64,000 nt of DNA, taken from an uncultured Chloroflexia bacterium. GTDB taxonomy: Bacteria; Chloroflexota; Anaerolineae; Anaerolineales; UBA11579. The position numbers and the translations under genes were made by a program. This document shows, in pieces, positions 54,195 through 63,794 of the stretch (position 1 is its first letter; each line of letters opens with the position of its first letter). Under the pieces are notes generated by a model, which made no database searches, was not told where the DNA came from, and saw only the letters and a list, made by a program, of their open reading frames with translations. The stretch is taken from NCBI GenBank assembly GCA_963722735.1, contig CAVROH010000016.1, positions 127,962 to 191,961 of the forward strand, read 5' to 3'.

Positions 54195-55628
54195 ATGGCG
54201 AAAAAACTCAAAGTTCTATTTATAGCAGCCGAAGCCGCTCCGCTGGTGAAAGTCGGCGGATTGGGTGAGGTAGCCGGAGCACTGCCTCCAGCGCTGCGCA
54301 GCCTGCCTGAAAAGCCGGATGTGCGGCTGGTGATCCCGAAGCATAAACAGGTCGAGCTTGGAAAGCGGACCCTTAATCTGGCGGCAGAGTTCCAGATCAG
54401 GCACAAGAAGGGAAAGCTCGGTGTCAAGGCATGGGAGACCAAGGTCGGTAATACACCGGTGTATCTGATAGACAGCGAACCGATCCGCAAAGCGGGGATG
54501 GTGTACAGCTCAGATGACCAGTTGGACGGCTACAAGTACACCCTGTTCTCTCTGTCCGCCCTGGAACTGGCAAAACAGCTCAATTGGGTACCAGACGTAA
54601 TCCATGCCCATGACTGGCACACTGCCCTGGCAGTGTACGCCCTCAAGACCACGCTGAAAGAGGACGAATTGTTTACCAATACCAAAACCCTGCTGACGAT
54701 CCACAACCTGCCCTATCTGGGCACCGGGGCTGGGCCGGCGGTAAAAGAATTTGGGCTCCCCGCGGCGGAAAACAGCGCACTTCCCTGGTGGGCGCAGGAT
54801 ATGCCCCTCCCAATGGGCTTGCTGACCGCGGACAAGATCAATACGGTCTCGGAAGGGTATGCCAAAGAGATCCTCACCGAAGCGTATGGCACCGGTCTGA
54901 ATGAATTCTTGGCTACACGCAAAAAAGACCTCTCCGGGATCCTCAACGGGATCGATATCCAAAGCTGGGACCCGGCGACCGACAAAGCCCTGGCAGTCAA
55001 CTACTCCGTAGACAGCATGGCGCCGCGCAAAGAGAATAAACCCGCCCTGCTGAAAGAATTGGGGCTCAACCCGGACCCGAAGATCCCTCTGTTAGCCTTC
55101 ATCGGGCGGATGGACCACCAGAAAGGTATTGAGATCGCCCTGGAAGCGCTGCAGCATAGCAAAGATGAGAGCTGGCAGGCGGTCTTCCTGGGTACCGGCG
55201 ATCCCGAGATCGAAAAATGGACCCTGGCGCTGGCAAACGAATTCCCCGGACGGGTGGCGGCAGTGGTCCAATTTGACAGTGATCTGGCCCGCCGGATCCA
55301 CGCCGGGGCGGATATTATGCTGATCCCCTCGCGCTACGAGCCTTGCGGGTTGATCCAGATGTCGGCGATGCGCTATGGGTGCGTACCCCTGGCCCGCGCC
55401 ACCGGCGGTCTGCGTGATACAATCACAGATCTGAAAGACTCCAAGGAAGGGACCGGCTTCCTGTTCAACGAAACCACCCCCGAAGCGATGACCAAAGCCC
55501 TGAAGCGCGCCCTGAAAGCTTATGCCGACCGTCGCCGCTGGCCGCACATTCAAAAGCGCGGCATGAAACAAGATTTCTCCTGGGCGCGGTCTGCCCAGAA
55601 ATATCTGGACCTATACCGGTCTCTGTGA
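54195..55628 (+). CDS. glgA: glycogen synthase
   Basis: MAKKLKVLFIAAEAAPLVKVGGLGEVAGALP (KxGGL motif) ... HAHDWHTA ... IPSRYEPCGLIQM. The ATG lies 2 nt after the upstream stop. Confidence 0.9.
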   Translation: MAKKLKVLFIAAEAAPLVKVGGLGEVAGALPPALRSLPEKPDVRLVIPKHKQVELGKRTLNLAAEFQIRHKKGKLGVKAWETKVGNTPVYLIDSEPIRKAGMVYSSDDQLDGYKYTLFSLSALELAKQLNWVPDVIHAHDWHTALAVYALKTTLKEDELFTNTKTLLTIHNLPYLGTGAGPAVKEFGLPAAENSALPWWAQDMPLPMGLLTADKINTVSEGYAKEILTEAYGTGLNEFLATRKKDLSGILNGIDIQSWDPATDKALAVNYSVDSMAPRKENKPALLKELGLNPDPKIPLLAFIGRMDHQKGIEIALEALQHSKDESWQAVFLGTGDPEIEKWTLALANEFPGRVAAVVQFDSDLARRIHAGADIMLIPSRYEPCGLIQMSAMRYGCVPLARATGGLRDTITDLKDSKEGTGFLFNETTPEAMTKALKRALKAYADRRRWPHIQKRGMKQDFSWARSAQKYLDLYRSL

Positions 55629-55665
55629 CCGAAATTCTTTATCCATAAGGAGTACCACCTCAGCT

Positions 55666-57168
55666 ATGAGTTTTAATCGTTCTTCTGGTATCCTGCTCCA
55701 TCCCACCAGCCTGCCCGGCGAGTTCGGGATCGGCGATATTGGCCCGGCAGCCACCCGTTGGATCGACTTTCTTGAATCCAGCGGTACCAAACTGTGGCAG
55801 GTTCTGCCGCTGGGGCCGACCGGTTACGCCGATTCCCCTTACCAATCCTTCTCGGCGATGGCGGGCAATCCCTATCTGATCAGCCCGGAATTGCTGTACC
55901 AGGACGGCTTGATCACCAAAAAGCAGATGAATACGCATCCAGATTTTCCAGCGGAGCAAGTGGACTACGGCACCTTGATCCCCTGGAAGATCGCCTTACT
56001 GAAAGAGGCCTACCAAAAACACAAGAAAACGGGCAAGCTGGCGGCTGAATTTGATGCCTATCAGGAAAAGAACGCTGCCTGGCTACCAGAATTCGCCCTT
56101 TTCATGGCGATGAAGCAGGCCCACGACCTGCGCCCCTGGGTGGAATGGCCGGAAGCACAGCGTGACCGCCAGCCCCAGGCAATGACTGCCTTCAAAGATG
56201 CCAACCAGGGCGGGATCATCGAGCAGCACGCCTTCGACCAGTTCCTCTTTGACCGACAGTGGACCACGGTGAAGGAGTATGCCAACGGGAAGGGGATCCA
56301 GATCATCGGTGATATTCCCATTTATGTGGCGCATGACAGCTCGGATGTGTGGGCAAGACCGGAACTGTGGCAGCTGAAGAAAGACGGCCAGCCGATCGTG
56401 GTCGCCGGAGTGCCGCCGGATTACTTCTCCGAGACCGGCCAGTTGTGGGGCAACCCGATCTATGTCTGGCCGCTGCACGCCAAAGAAAACTACGCCTGGT
56501 GGAAGAAACGCATTGAGGCTGTTCTGGGACAAGTGGATATCATCCGCCTTGACCACTTCCGCGGCTTTGCTGGCTACTGGGAAGTACCCGCCTCAGAAAA
56601 GACGGCGATCAACGGCCGCTGGCTGCCCGGGCCAGGCGCGCTGATCTTCAAAGCGCTCAAGGAACATCTCGGCGGCTTGCCGCTGATCGCCGAGGATTTG
56701 GGCGTGATCACCCCGGATGTGGTCGCCCTGCGCAAGCAGTTCGGGCTGCCAGGGATGAAGATCTTCCAGTTTGGGCTGGAAGGCGGCAACGATGATCCCT
56801 TTGTGCCGCACAACTTTGAAGAGAACTGCGTCGCCTACACCGGGACGCACGATAACGATACCTCTGCCGGCTGGTATGCCAAGGCTATCCCAGAACACCA
56901 GGGGTTTGCGCAGTATTACCTGGGAGTAGACAAAGCCGCCAAACCCGCTTTTGTCGCCTGGCGGATGATCGAGAAGTTGTGGGAGTCGGTGGGGAACTTT
57001 ACCCTGGCCCCGATGCAGGACTTCCTCGGCCTGGGCACAGAAGCACGCATGAACTACCCTGGAACGACATCGGGTAACTGGCAGTGGCGCATGAAGGCAG
57101 AGGATACGAGTGGGGCGCTGGCCGAGAAGATTGGAGAGTTGAATAAGAGGACGGGGCGGTATGTATAA
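55666..57168 (+). CDS. malQ: 4-alpha-glucanotransferase (amylomaltase)
   Basis: SGILLHPTSLPG ... WQVLPLGPTGYADSPYQSFSA ... IIGDIPIYVAHDSSDVW ... IRLDHFRGF ... AYTGTHDNDT are GH77 signatures. Confidence 0.9.
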   Translation: MSFNRSSGILLHPTSLPGEFGIGDIGPAATRWIDFLESSGTKLWQVLPLGPTGYADSPYQSFSAMAGNPYLISPELLYQDGLITKKQMNTHPDFPAEQVDYGTLIPWKIALLKEAYQKHKKTGKLAAEFDAYQEKNAAWLPEFALFMAMKQAHDLRPWVEWPEAQRDRQPQAMTAFKDANQGGIIEQHAFDQFLFDRQWTTVKEYANGKGIQIIGDIPIYVAHDSSDVWARPELWQLKKDGQPIVVAGVPPDYFSETGQLWGNPIYVWPLHAKENYAWWKKRIEAVLGQVDIIRLDHFRGFAGYWEVPASEKTAINGRWLPGPGALIFKALKEHLGGLPLIAEDLGVITPDVVALRKQFGLPGMKIFQFGLEGGNDDPFVPHNFEENCVAYTGTHDNDTSAGWYAKAIPEHQGFAQYYLGVDKAAKPAFVAWRMIEKLWESVGNFTLAPMQDFLGLGTEARMNYPGTTSGNWQWRMKAEDTSGALAEKIGELNKRTGRYV

Positions 57169-57190
57169 CCAAAGAAACCTATCCACGAAT

Positions 57191-57220
57191 GGGAGAGCAG
57201 ATTGCCCTCCCATTTTTTTT
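57191..57220 (+). terminator. intrinsic terminator after malQ
   Basis: GGGAGAGCA-GAT-TGCCCTCCC followed by ATTTTTTTT. Confidence 0.7.
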
Positions 57221-57252
57221 GGAACCACATTTTCAATCAAAGCAAAGAAGAT

Positions 57253-57879
57253 TTATTCTACCGGACGGCCATAGAAGGGGCGGTCGAGACTGCAACCTTC
57301 ATTCTCACTTTTTATTGATCCCTCCATCCAATCATAACGGCCTTGTGTATCATACCGGAAAAAGAAAACATCATAATTGAGCGTTACTCCATCTATTGTG
57401 ATTGATGAAGTGTAATTGGCACCACCAGGACCTTTTTCAAACAATTTAAATTCCAGACGCTGCCCGGTAGTCAGATTGTCAAAATAGATAATATTGTGGT
57501 CCTCTGCAATAGAAATGGTAACGATTTCAGGATCAGGCGGAGAAAATGTTAATGTCCCCTCAGGGCAAACGGTGGTTAGAGTCTCATAGGTGACTGTCCA
57601 GTCCACTAAGAGCGGGATATCGATTGTGTCCTCAGACGGAATAACCTCTTCGCCCAGATCGATGACATCAGATTCGGGATCCTTCTGCTCTTGGACATCA
57701 TTGATCGCATCAACCTCATCCTCGGTGAACTCAAACCCATCGTCGGCATTGTTAATGCTGTCAACCTCGTCCTCTGTGAAGACCATTTCGTCCGGGCTGT
57801 TAGTAATTCCTGTAGGGCCAGAGCATGCAGATAACCCAACCGCAATGAAAACACCGATAAACAATCCAATTTTTCTCAT
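57253..57879 (-). CDS. lipoprotein of unknown function with an acidic duplicated FTEDEVD(S/A)IN segment
   Basis: Read from the ATG at 57879: MRKIGLFIGVFIAVGLSACSG (lipobox). The DNA is AT-rich. Confidence 0.55.
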   Translation of the reverse strand: MRKIGLFIGVFIAVGLSACSGPTGITNSPDEMVFTEDEVDSINNADDGFEFTEDEVDAINDVQEQKDPESDVIDLGEEVIPSEDTIDIPLLVDWTVTYETLTTVCPEGTLTFSPPDPEIVTISIAEDHNIIYFDNLTTGQRLEFKLFEKGPGGANYTSSITIDGVTLNYDVFFFRYDTQGRYDWMEGSIKSENEGCSLDRPFYGRPVE

Positions 57880-58140
57880 ATACCTATCCTCTTGGTAATT
57901 AATTCTCATAATTACGATCTAATTTATCATTTATTATAGCATTAGACAACAGGATAGCGCTAAAGTTATAGATTTATTTAGTTGGGAGTTAGGTTCGCCC
58001 TAGACTGCATTTGGGAGATTGCTTCGCCCTTCACAGCTTTGCTGCACGGGGCTCGCAATGACACTGAAAACTTGACTAATCCTCAAAAAAAGGCACCCTT
58101 CTCACTTTGAGGGGGAACGGTTGGGATTATGGGTATTCCT

Positions 58141-59055
58141 CTAGTCCTCGCCCTTCAGCACATCCGGATCGAGGTTGAAGTTCTTGCGCCATTCGCGCAT
58201 GCGTTTGCCAGGCTTCTTCCAGAATTTGATCCGGGCCGGGTCAATTTTGCGTTTGATCAGCCACTTCCGGACGGCATAATACACGCCAAAGTTGAATCGC
58301 CGCCAACTGACTGGTTTCTCATTCCGGTACCAGATATCAGCGACCATTTTTCCCATTTCCTTCTCCAGGAATTCCGGATCGTTCTTGATCCGATCCATGA
58401 TCTCTGGCTGGTCAGTGGCGCGGGTGTAATCCCTGGTGTAAACGTGCAGCTTTAAGGCAGTCAGCCTGGGGGCGAGGACAAACTTCTTGCCATTGAACTG
58501 CGCCCGCATGAAATAATCCGCCCGCGGAAAAGTATATACCTCCCAGGGACGCTTCCAGTAGCCAATATCGTTAATCACATCCTTGCGGTGCATCGTCTGA
58601 GTGGCTTCAGGAGGAAAGGGCGAATCCGGGTAATGCGGCGCGACCGGCTGGGTGAAATTCTCCGGCAGCGGGTCGTTCTCATCGTAGATCCACTCCATGA
58701 TCGAGTAAGCAAAATCGGCGTTGTGGGTCTGGATGGTGTCCAGCAGCACTTCAAGATGGTTGGGCATCCAGATATCGTCGTGGTTGAGGTAGGAGATATA
58801 GGTGCCCTTCGCCCGGCGCAAACCTTCGTTGGAGGGTTCCGACTGGTCTCCGGTGTTCTGCGGCAGGTTGTACCAGTTCACCCGGGGATTGTCAAAGGTT
58901 GCCATGAGTTCCTCGGTGCCGTCGGTGCAGCCATCCCCGATGACCCAAAGCTCGAAGTCCTTCATCGTCTGCCAGAGAACGCTCTCCACCGCGTATTTGA
59001 GGGTGGATTTCTTGTTATAGGTTGCGATGATCACAGTGACGAGAGGATCAGCCAT
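58141..59055 (-). CDS. family-2 glycosyltransferase
   Basis: VTVIIATYNKKSTLKYAVESVLWQT ... VIGDGCTDGT ... YLNHDD is the GT-A fold with a DxD motif. The ATG overlaps the upstream stop (ATGGCTGA). Confidence 0.85.
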   Translation of the reverse strand: MADPLVTVIIATYNKKSTLKYAVESVLWQTMKDFELWVIGDGCTDGTEELMATFDNPRVNWYNLPQNTGDQSEPSNEGLRRAKGTYISYLNHDDIWMPNHLEVLLDTIQTHNADFAYSIMEWIYDENDPLPENFTQPVAPHYPDSPFPPEATQTMHRKDVINDIGYWKRPWEVYTFPRADYFMRAQFNGKKFVLAPRLTALKLHVYTRDYTRATDQPEIMDRIKNDPEFLEKEMGKMVADIWYRNEKPVSWRRFNFGVYYAVRKWLIKRKIDPARIKFWKKPGKRMREWRKNFNLDPDVLKGED

Positions 59056-60334
59056 GCTTCTGGTCCTCCGCCAGGGCTTTGAGATACAGGGAGATGGCGT
59101 ACTCATCAGGATCGAAGTCAATATCGTCCCAGGCGATGCGCTCATCTTTGGCAATCTCCCGCTTGAGGGTCATATTCTCGGCAATGCAGATCGGGACGCC
59201 GGGTTTATACCCGGGATCGCCAAGATTTTCGATCATCCCATAAGCCGCGTACCCGCCCATGCCATCGAGTACATCGCCAGCCTTGAGATCAACCTTGGCA
59301 TACGAGAACACATTGGTCTTATAGCCGTAATCCGGCTTGAGCACCGATCGGTGATCCAGCACGGCCCTGGCGACGGTCTTCATGGTCTCAAAATGGCCGA
59401 GGTGGTAGGGGCGGTAGAACAGGTAGAAGGGTCCCGGACCCATATTGGGGGGGAACCAGTCCAGAGTGTGCATCTGGTAGGGGTGGTCGGTAAACCCGAT
59501 GGCGAAGACGCCGCCGCTGGGCTTGGCCCCGAGGACGTAGTCCACCAGGCCGGTCTTGCCGTCCCAGAGCGCCTCGAAATCAAAGTGGTCGAAGATATCG
59601 TGGATGCTGGCCATGCGCGGGCCGCACATCCCCGGTTTGGCGGTACGCAGATCAAGGCCATTTGCCAGCACAGCCATCTCTACACACAATTTGGAGCCAT
59701 CGGTGTAAGAGGAGCACATCTTGTGGTCCAGGTCGCGCTTGTCGGCTTCCGGGGCGATCTTGGTGGGATTGGTATACATATCCATGAAGCCCTTCATGTT
59801 GCCGGCCATGACCAGGTCGAAGCCCATGAACTCCAGATCCTCGATCAGATGCACGAGCACGGTTGGCTGATCGCCGTCCATGACGGTATAGACGAGACCT
59901 TTCTCCTCGGCGCGGCGCATCAGATACGGGCCATACATCAGATCGGCTTCATAATTCATCATCAGGATATGCTTCTGATGCTCGATGGCGGTGAGGGCGA
60001 ATTGGGCTCCAGCGGTGACTGAGCTGGTAGCCTCGATAAAAACATCGATCTGCTCGGACCTTGCGATCAGGTCGCCGTCCTGGCAGACAGCCAATTTGCC
60101 TTTGAGAATTGCGTTATCGAGCTGGTCCAGGGTCTCAGCGACCTGGTAGTCGCGGCCAAGCTCCTCGGCCCAGTCTATGGCGCGTTTGAGTTCGATGTCA
60201 CAGATCGCCATGCAGCGCATCCCGGAAGTGAACTCGGGCTGCAGTACCATGCCCTTGCCGATCGACCCGATCCCAATCACCCCAATGGAAATATCCTTTT
60301 CTAATTGCTGTAATCGTTCCGTTAGGCCATCCAT
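59048..60334 (-). CDS. NAD(P)-binding dehydrogenase with a C-terminal SAF-like domain (homoserine-dehydrogenase-like predicted oxidoreductase)
   Basis: The N-terminal Rossmann motif is IGVIGIGSIGKG. The overall length and the C-terminal YAKVDLKAGDVLDGMGGY segment match my recollection of the SAF-domain predicted dehydrogenases. The assignment is family level only. Confidence 0.55.
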   Translation of the reverse strand: MDGLTERLQQLEKDISIGVIGIGSIGKGMVLQPEFTSGMRCMAICDIELKRAIDWAEELGRDYQVAETLDQLDNAILKGKLAVCQDGDLIARSEQIDVFIEATSSVTAGAQFALTAIEHQKHILMMNYEADLMYGPYLMRRAEEKGLVYTVMDGDQPTVLVHLIEDLEFMGFDLVMAGNMKGFMDMYTNPTKIAPEADKRDLDHKMCSSYTDGSKLCVEMAVLANGLDLRTAKPGMCGPRMASIHDIFDHFDFEALWDGKTGLVDYVLGAKPSGGVFAIGFTDHPYQMHTLDWFPPNMGPGPFYLFYRPYHLGHFETMKTVARAVLDHRSVLKPDYGYKTNVFSYAKVDLKAGDVLDGMGGYAAYGMIENLGDPGYKPGVPICIAENMTLKREIAKDERIAWDDIDFDPDEYAISLYLKALAEDQKHG

Positions 60335-60482
60335 CTCAAATTCTCCTTAAGCCTTTTTGTTAAAAATGTGAAGGTAAACTAAAATAAGATAAATTTTATC
60401 ATGTTTTCACCTATCGGTTAAAGGGACGAAGAGAAAATTTCTTAGCATTGGGATTGATTTTAGGGTAAAGTTGGCAGGTTAC

Positions 60483-62219
60483 TTAACGCGCACCGCTACG
60501 TCCGAACTGGCGTTCCAGCAAATCAATGGAGAGGTGGATCATCGTCGGGCGGCCATGGGGGCAAGTGCGCGGCGACTGGCAGGCTTCCAGGTCAGTGAGC
60601 AGGGCGCGCTGTTCATCCTGGGAGAGCAACTGGCCAGCCTTGACCGCCGCCCGCTTGCAGACACGCGCAATGATCTTCGCTTCGATCTCGCCCATCAGCG
60701 GGGTCTCGTCCTCCTCAAAATCCTCGATGACCACACGCACAGCGGCAGCGGGGTCCACCCCAGAGAGGAGCACAGGGATGCTGCGCACCTTGAAGGTATT
60801 GGGACCAAAATTCTCGATCTCGAAGCCGAGCCGGGCCATCAGGGGCAGATTGTCCTCCAGCAGACGGGCGGCAGCGGCCTCCAGTTCGAGGGTAGCGGGA
60901 TCAAGCAGAGCCTGTGAGGGAATCTCCTGTGCCCGTTCGGCCATAAACTTCTCGAAGAGAATTCTCTCATGGGCGGCATGCTGGTCGATCAAATAGAGGC
61001 CGTCTGGCCCTTCGGCGACCAGGTATGCAGTGCCGACCTGCCCGATCAGGCGCAGCAGGGGCACATTCCCGGCAGGCAGGGCAGGCTGGTCCTTGTCCTC
61101 GGGGATCAGCGGGGCAGCCTTAGCAGAGCTATCCGGGGTGCGTTCCGGGGGCTGCCAGCCTCCCTGCCCGGGCATCCGTTGGGGCGGGGTCAGCGTCCAG
61201 CGGAGCTGGCCTCCCATCGCAGGTACCGGGGAATGGGCCAGCAAGGCACGCCGCGCAGAGCTTAAAACGCCTTTGAAGATCTCATCCCGGTCCGAGAAGC
61301 GCACCTCAGTCTTGGTGGGATGGACGTTGACATCGACCTTGTCCGGAGGAAGCACAATGAAGAGCACCGCCAGCGGATAGCGGCCGACCATCAGCATGGA
61401 GTGGTAGCCCTGGATCAAAGCGGTGGCGAGGGCGATATCCTGCACCCATCGGCCGTTGATGAACAAAGTGATGCCCTGGCGGTTGGCACGCGTCAGGCTG
61501 ATCGGGGAGATGAAGCCATACACACGGTAATCGTCATACTCGGCGTTGACCTCGAGCATCTGCCGGGCGATCTCGGCGTTGAAGAGCGAAGCCAGTACCT
61601 CGCGCCTATCGCCGCTGCCGGTGGTTTGCAGTACAGTGCGCCCTTCCTGGGTGAGCTGGAAGCGCACCTCCGGGTATGCCAGGGCGTAGCGGGTGACGAA
61701 ATCATCGATCTGTCGGCGTTCGGTGGTATCGGTTTTGAGGAATTTTCGCCGGGCAGGTAAATTGTAGAACAGGTCTTCGACCCGCACCACCGTCCCGGCA
61801 GGAGCTCCGATGGGCACCGGATCCCCCTGCATCACACCGCCCTCAACGGTCAGACAGGCGCCGGCGTCTTCCTCCCGAGTACGGGAAGTGATCGAAAATC
61901 GGGAAACGGAAGCGATCGAAGCGAGTGCCTCTCCCCGGAAACCAAGCGTGCGGATGTTGAAGAGGTCCTCTGCCGAGGTGAGCTTGCTGGTGGCGTGCCG
62001 GGCAAGGGCGATATTGAGCTGACCGGTGGGGATTCCGCCCCCATTGTCGGCGACCTCAATGAGCTGCTGCCCGGCCCCCTCGACCGTGATAGTGATGTGG
62101 TCAGCGCCGGCGTCGAGGGCGTTCTCGACCAATTCCTTGACCACCGACGCGGGGCGTTCGACCACCTCGCCGGCAGCGATCTGGGAGGCAACTTCATCGG
62201 GGAGGATCTGAATGGGCAT
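60483..62219 (-). CDS. mutL: DNA mismatch repair protein MutL
   Basis: Read from the ATG at 62219: MPIQILPDEVASQIAAGEVVERPASVVKELVENALDAG ... TLGFRGEAL. The C-terminal end is CPHGRPT. Confidence 0.9.
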   Translation of the reverse strand: MPIQILPDEVASQIAAGEVVERPASVVKELVENALDAGADHITITVEGAGQQLIEVADNGGGIPTGQLNIALARHATSKLTSAEDLFNIRTLGFRGEALASIASVSRFSITSRTREEDAGACLTVEGGVMQGDPVPIGAPAGTVVRVEDLFYNLPARRKFLKTDTTERRQIDDFVTRYALAYPEVRFQLTQEGRTVLQTTGSGDRREVLASLFNAEIARQMLEVNAEYDDYRVYGFISPISLTRANRQGITLFINGRWVQDIALATALIQGYHSMLMVGRYPLAVLFIVLPPDKVDVNVHPTKTEVRFSDRDEIFKGVLSSARRALLAHSPVPAMGGQLRWTLTPPQRMPGQGGWQPPERTPDSSAKAAPLIPEDKDQPALPAGNVPLLRLIGQVGTAYLVAEGPDGLYLIDQHAAHERILFEKFMAERAQEIPSQALLDPATLELEAAAARLLEDNLPLMARLGFEIENFGPNTFKVRSIPVLLSGVDPAAAVRVVIEDFEEDETPLMGEIEAKIIARVCKRAAVKAGQLLSQDEQRALLTDLEACQSPRTCPHGRPTMIHLSIDLLERQFGRSGAR

Positions 62220-62447
62220 AGGAGTGTCCTCGCATTTTTTTAACCACTTCCTGACCGCTTCCTTCCCCTGAGAGGGGCAGTGAAAGAAAAGAAGGGTACT
62301 TGAAATCAATTTTACCGTACAATTGGCATGGGCAACTGAACGGCAAGAGGAGGAATTCGATGTTCAAGCCTTTGCCAACCAGGGTTTAGCTACATAAGTG
62401 AAAACTCTATTCAGGACAACACAACGAGACAGACCTACTGCCCTACC

Positions 62448-63773
62448 CTACTGATTACTCAACAACATCACCAGCATGGTTTCGTACAGTTGGGTGAGGT
62501 GATATTCCCCAGCCAGCATTTCGGCGTGCGGCCCCTGGGCGGTGACCGGGATATTGGCGCTGGTGTGCGCCGTGCCTTGCCAGTCCACCCAGAAAGGCGT
62601 CCCGTCAGGCATGCTGTAGGGACCATCCTCCCGGAATGACCCCGATCCATCCAGGTTGAGGCTCATCCCGCCGGTCTCATGATCGGCAGCCACGATCAGC
62701 AGGGTGTTCTCCCGCTCCAGAGTGAAGATCATCGCCATCGTCACAGCGGTATCCAGTCCGATGGTGAACTGGATTGCATTCTCCGCGTTCATCTCATGGC
62801 CAGCCCAATCGATCTGCCCGGCTTCGACCATCAAGAAGAAGCCATCCGGGTCCTGTGAGAGGATTGCCAGGGCGGTCTGGGTCATTTCTGGCAGGGTCGG
62901 AGAATAAGGGACAAGCATCTCCTCAGCGCCAAACAGGCCCAACAGTTGCGTCTCTGGTTTGGTGTCCACCGAGAGCAGTTCCTCCCGGCTGCATACGTAG
63001 CTGTATCCCTGCTGGATCGCCGGGCCGACCAAACCGCTCCCCTTGGGCTGATTGCCATTACCCGGGAAGCAGCCATTCTCATCTTTACTGAAGAAATCAT
63101 CTTCCCCCCCACCGAGGAGCACATCCACACCCTGGGAGATCATCTGGCGGGCGATCTCGGGTAAATCACTGCGGTCCGAGTAGTGGGCGGCAAAAACAGC
63201 GGGAGTGGCATGCGCCATCGGGACAGTTGTCACCAGCCCGGTAGCCCATCCGGCCTGCTCCGCCATCTCCAGGATGGTAGTCAGCGGCTGCTGCTGTGCG
63301 TCCATTCCGACGTAGCCGTTATAGGTCAATTGACCGGTCGCCATTGCTGTACCAGCCGCGGCCGAATCAGTGGTAGTGCCTTTGATATTGACCGTCTGCG
63401 CCCAGCCGTGAACGGGCAGACTATCCATTGCCAGCGCTCCGTCCTTTCCCTTGACCAGCCAGGTGGCTGCCTGGCGCTGAGCTGCACCCATCCCATCCCC
63501 AATGAACAGGATGATTCCGGGCGGGGAGGGCGGTTCTTGCGTAGGGATGGCAGTTTCTGTGAGCAGCGGCGTCTCTACTGACAAGGTGTTTTCTGTGATG
63601 GGCAGAGTTGGGACTGAGGTCTCCGTCGGCAGGATAGTTTCAGTCGGCAGAGGGGCAGGCGGCTCGCTGGGCACGTCTGCCAGCGGCGGACTACTGCATC
63701 CAGCCAGGAAGATCAATATCAATACGAGCGCACTAATTCTTCGGTTTGTCATCTGATCGAATTTTACCCTCAA
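62448..63773 (-). CDS. alkaline phosphatase (PhoA family) lipoprotein
   Basis: Lipobox FLAGCS, metal/active-site blocks FIGDGMG and TDSAAAGTAMATG, and ADHETGG near the C-terminus. Confidence 0.85.
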   Translation of the reverse strand: MRVKFDQMTNRRISALVLILIFLAGCSSPPLADVPSEPPAPLPTETILPTETSVPTLPITENTLSVETPLLTETAIPTQEPPSPPGIILFIGDGMGAAQRQAATWLVKGKDGALAMDSLPVHGWAQTVNIKGTTTDSAAAGTAMATGQLTYNGYVGMDAQQQPLTTILEMAEQAGWATGLVTTVPMAHATPAVFAAHYSDRSDLPEIARQMISQGVDVLLGGGEDDFFSKDENGCFPGNGNQPKGSGLVGPAIQQGYSYVCSREELLSVDTKPETQLLGLFGAEEMLVPYSPTLPEMTQTALAILSQDPDGFFLMVEAGQIDWAGHEMNAENAIQFTIGLDTAVTMAMIFTLERENTLLIVAADHETGGMSLNLDGSGSFREDGPYSMPDGTPFWVDWQGTAHTSANIPVTAQGPHAEMLAGEYHLTQLYETMLVMLLSNQ

Positions 63774-63794
63774 TCTACGATCAGAGCTTGCTGC

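Noticed and set aside
59027-60022. 331-aa ORF on the plus strand
   Set aside because: It is antisense to the SAF-domain dehydrogenase gene. It has no start context or conserved motifs, and its composition is typical of the complementary frame of a GC-rich gene.
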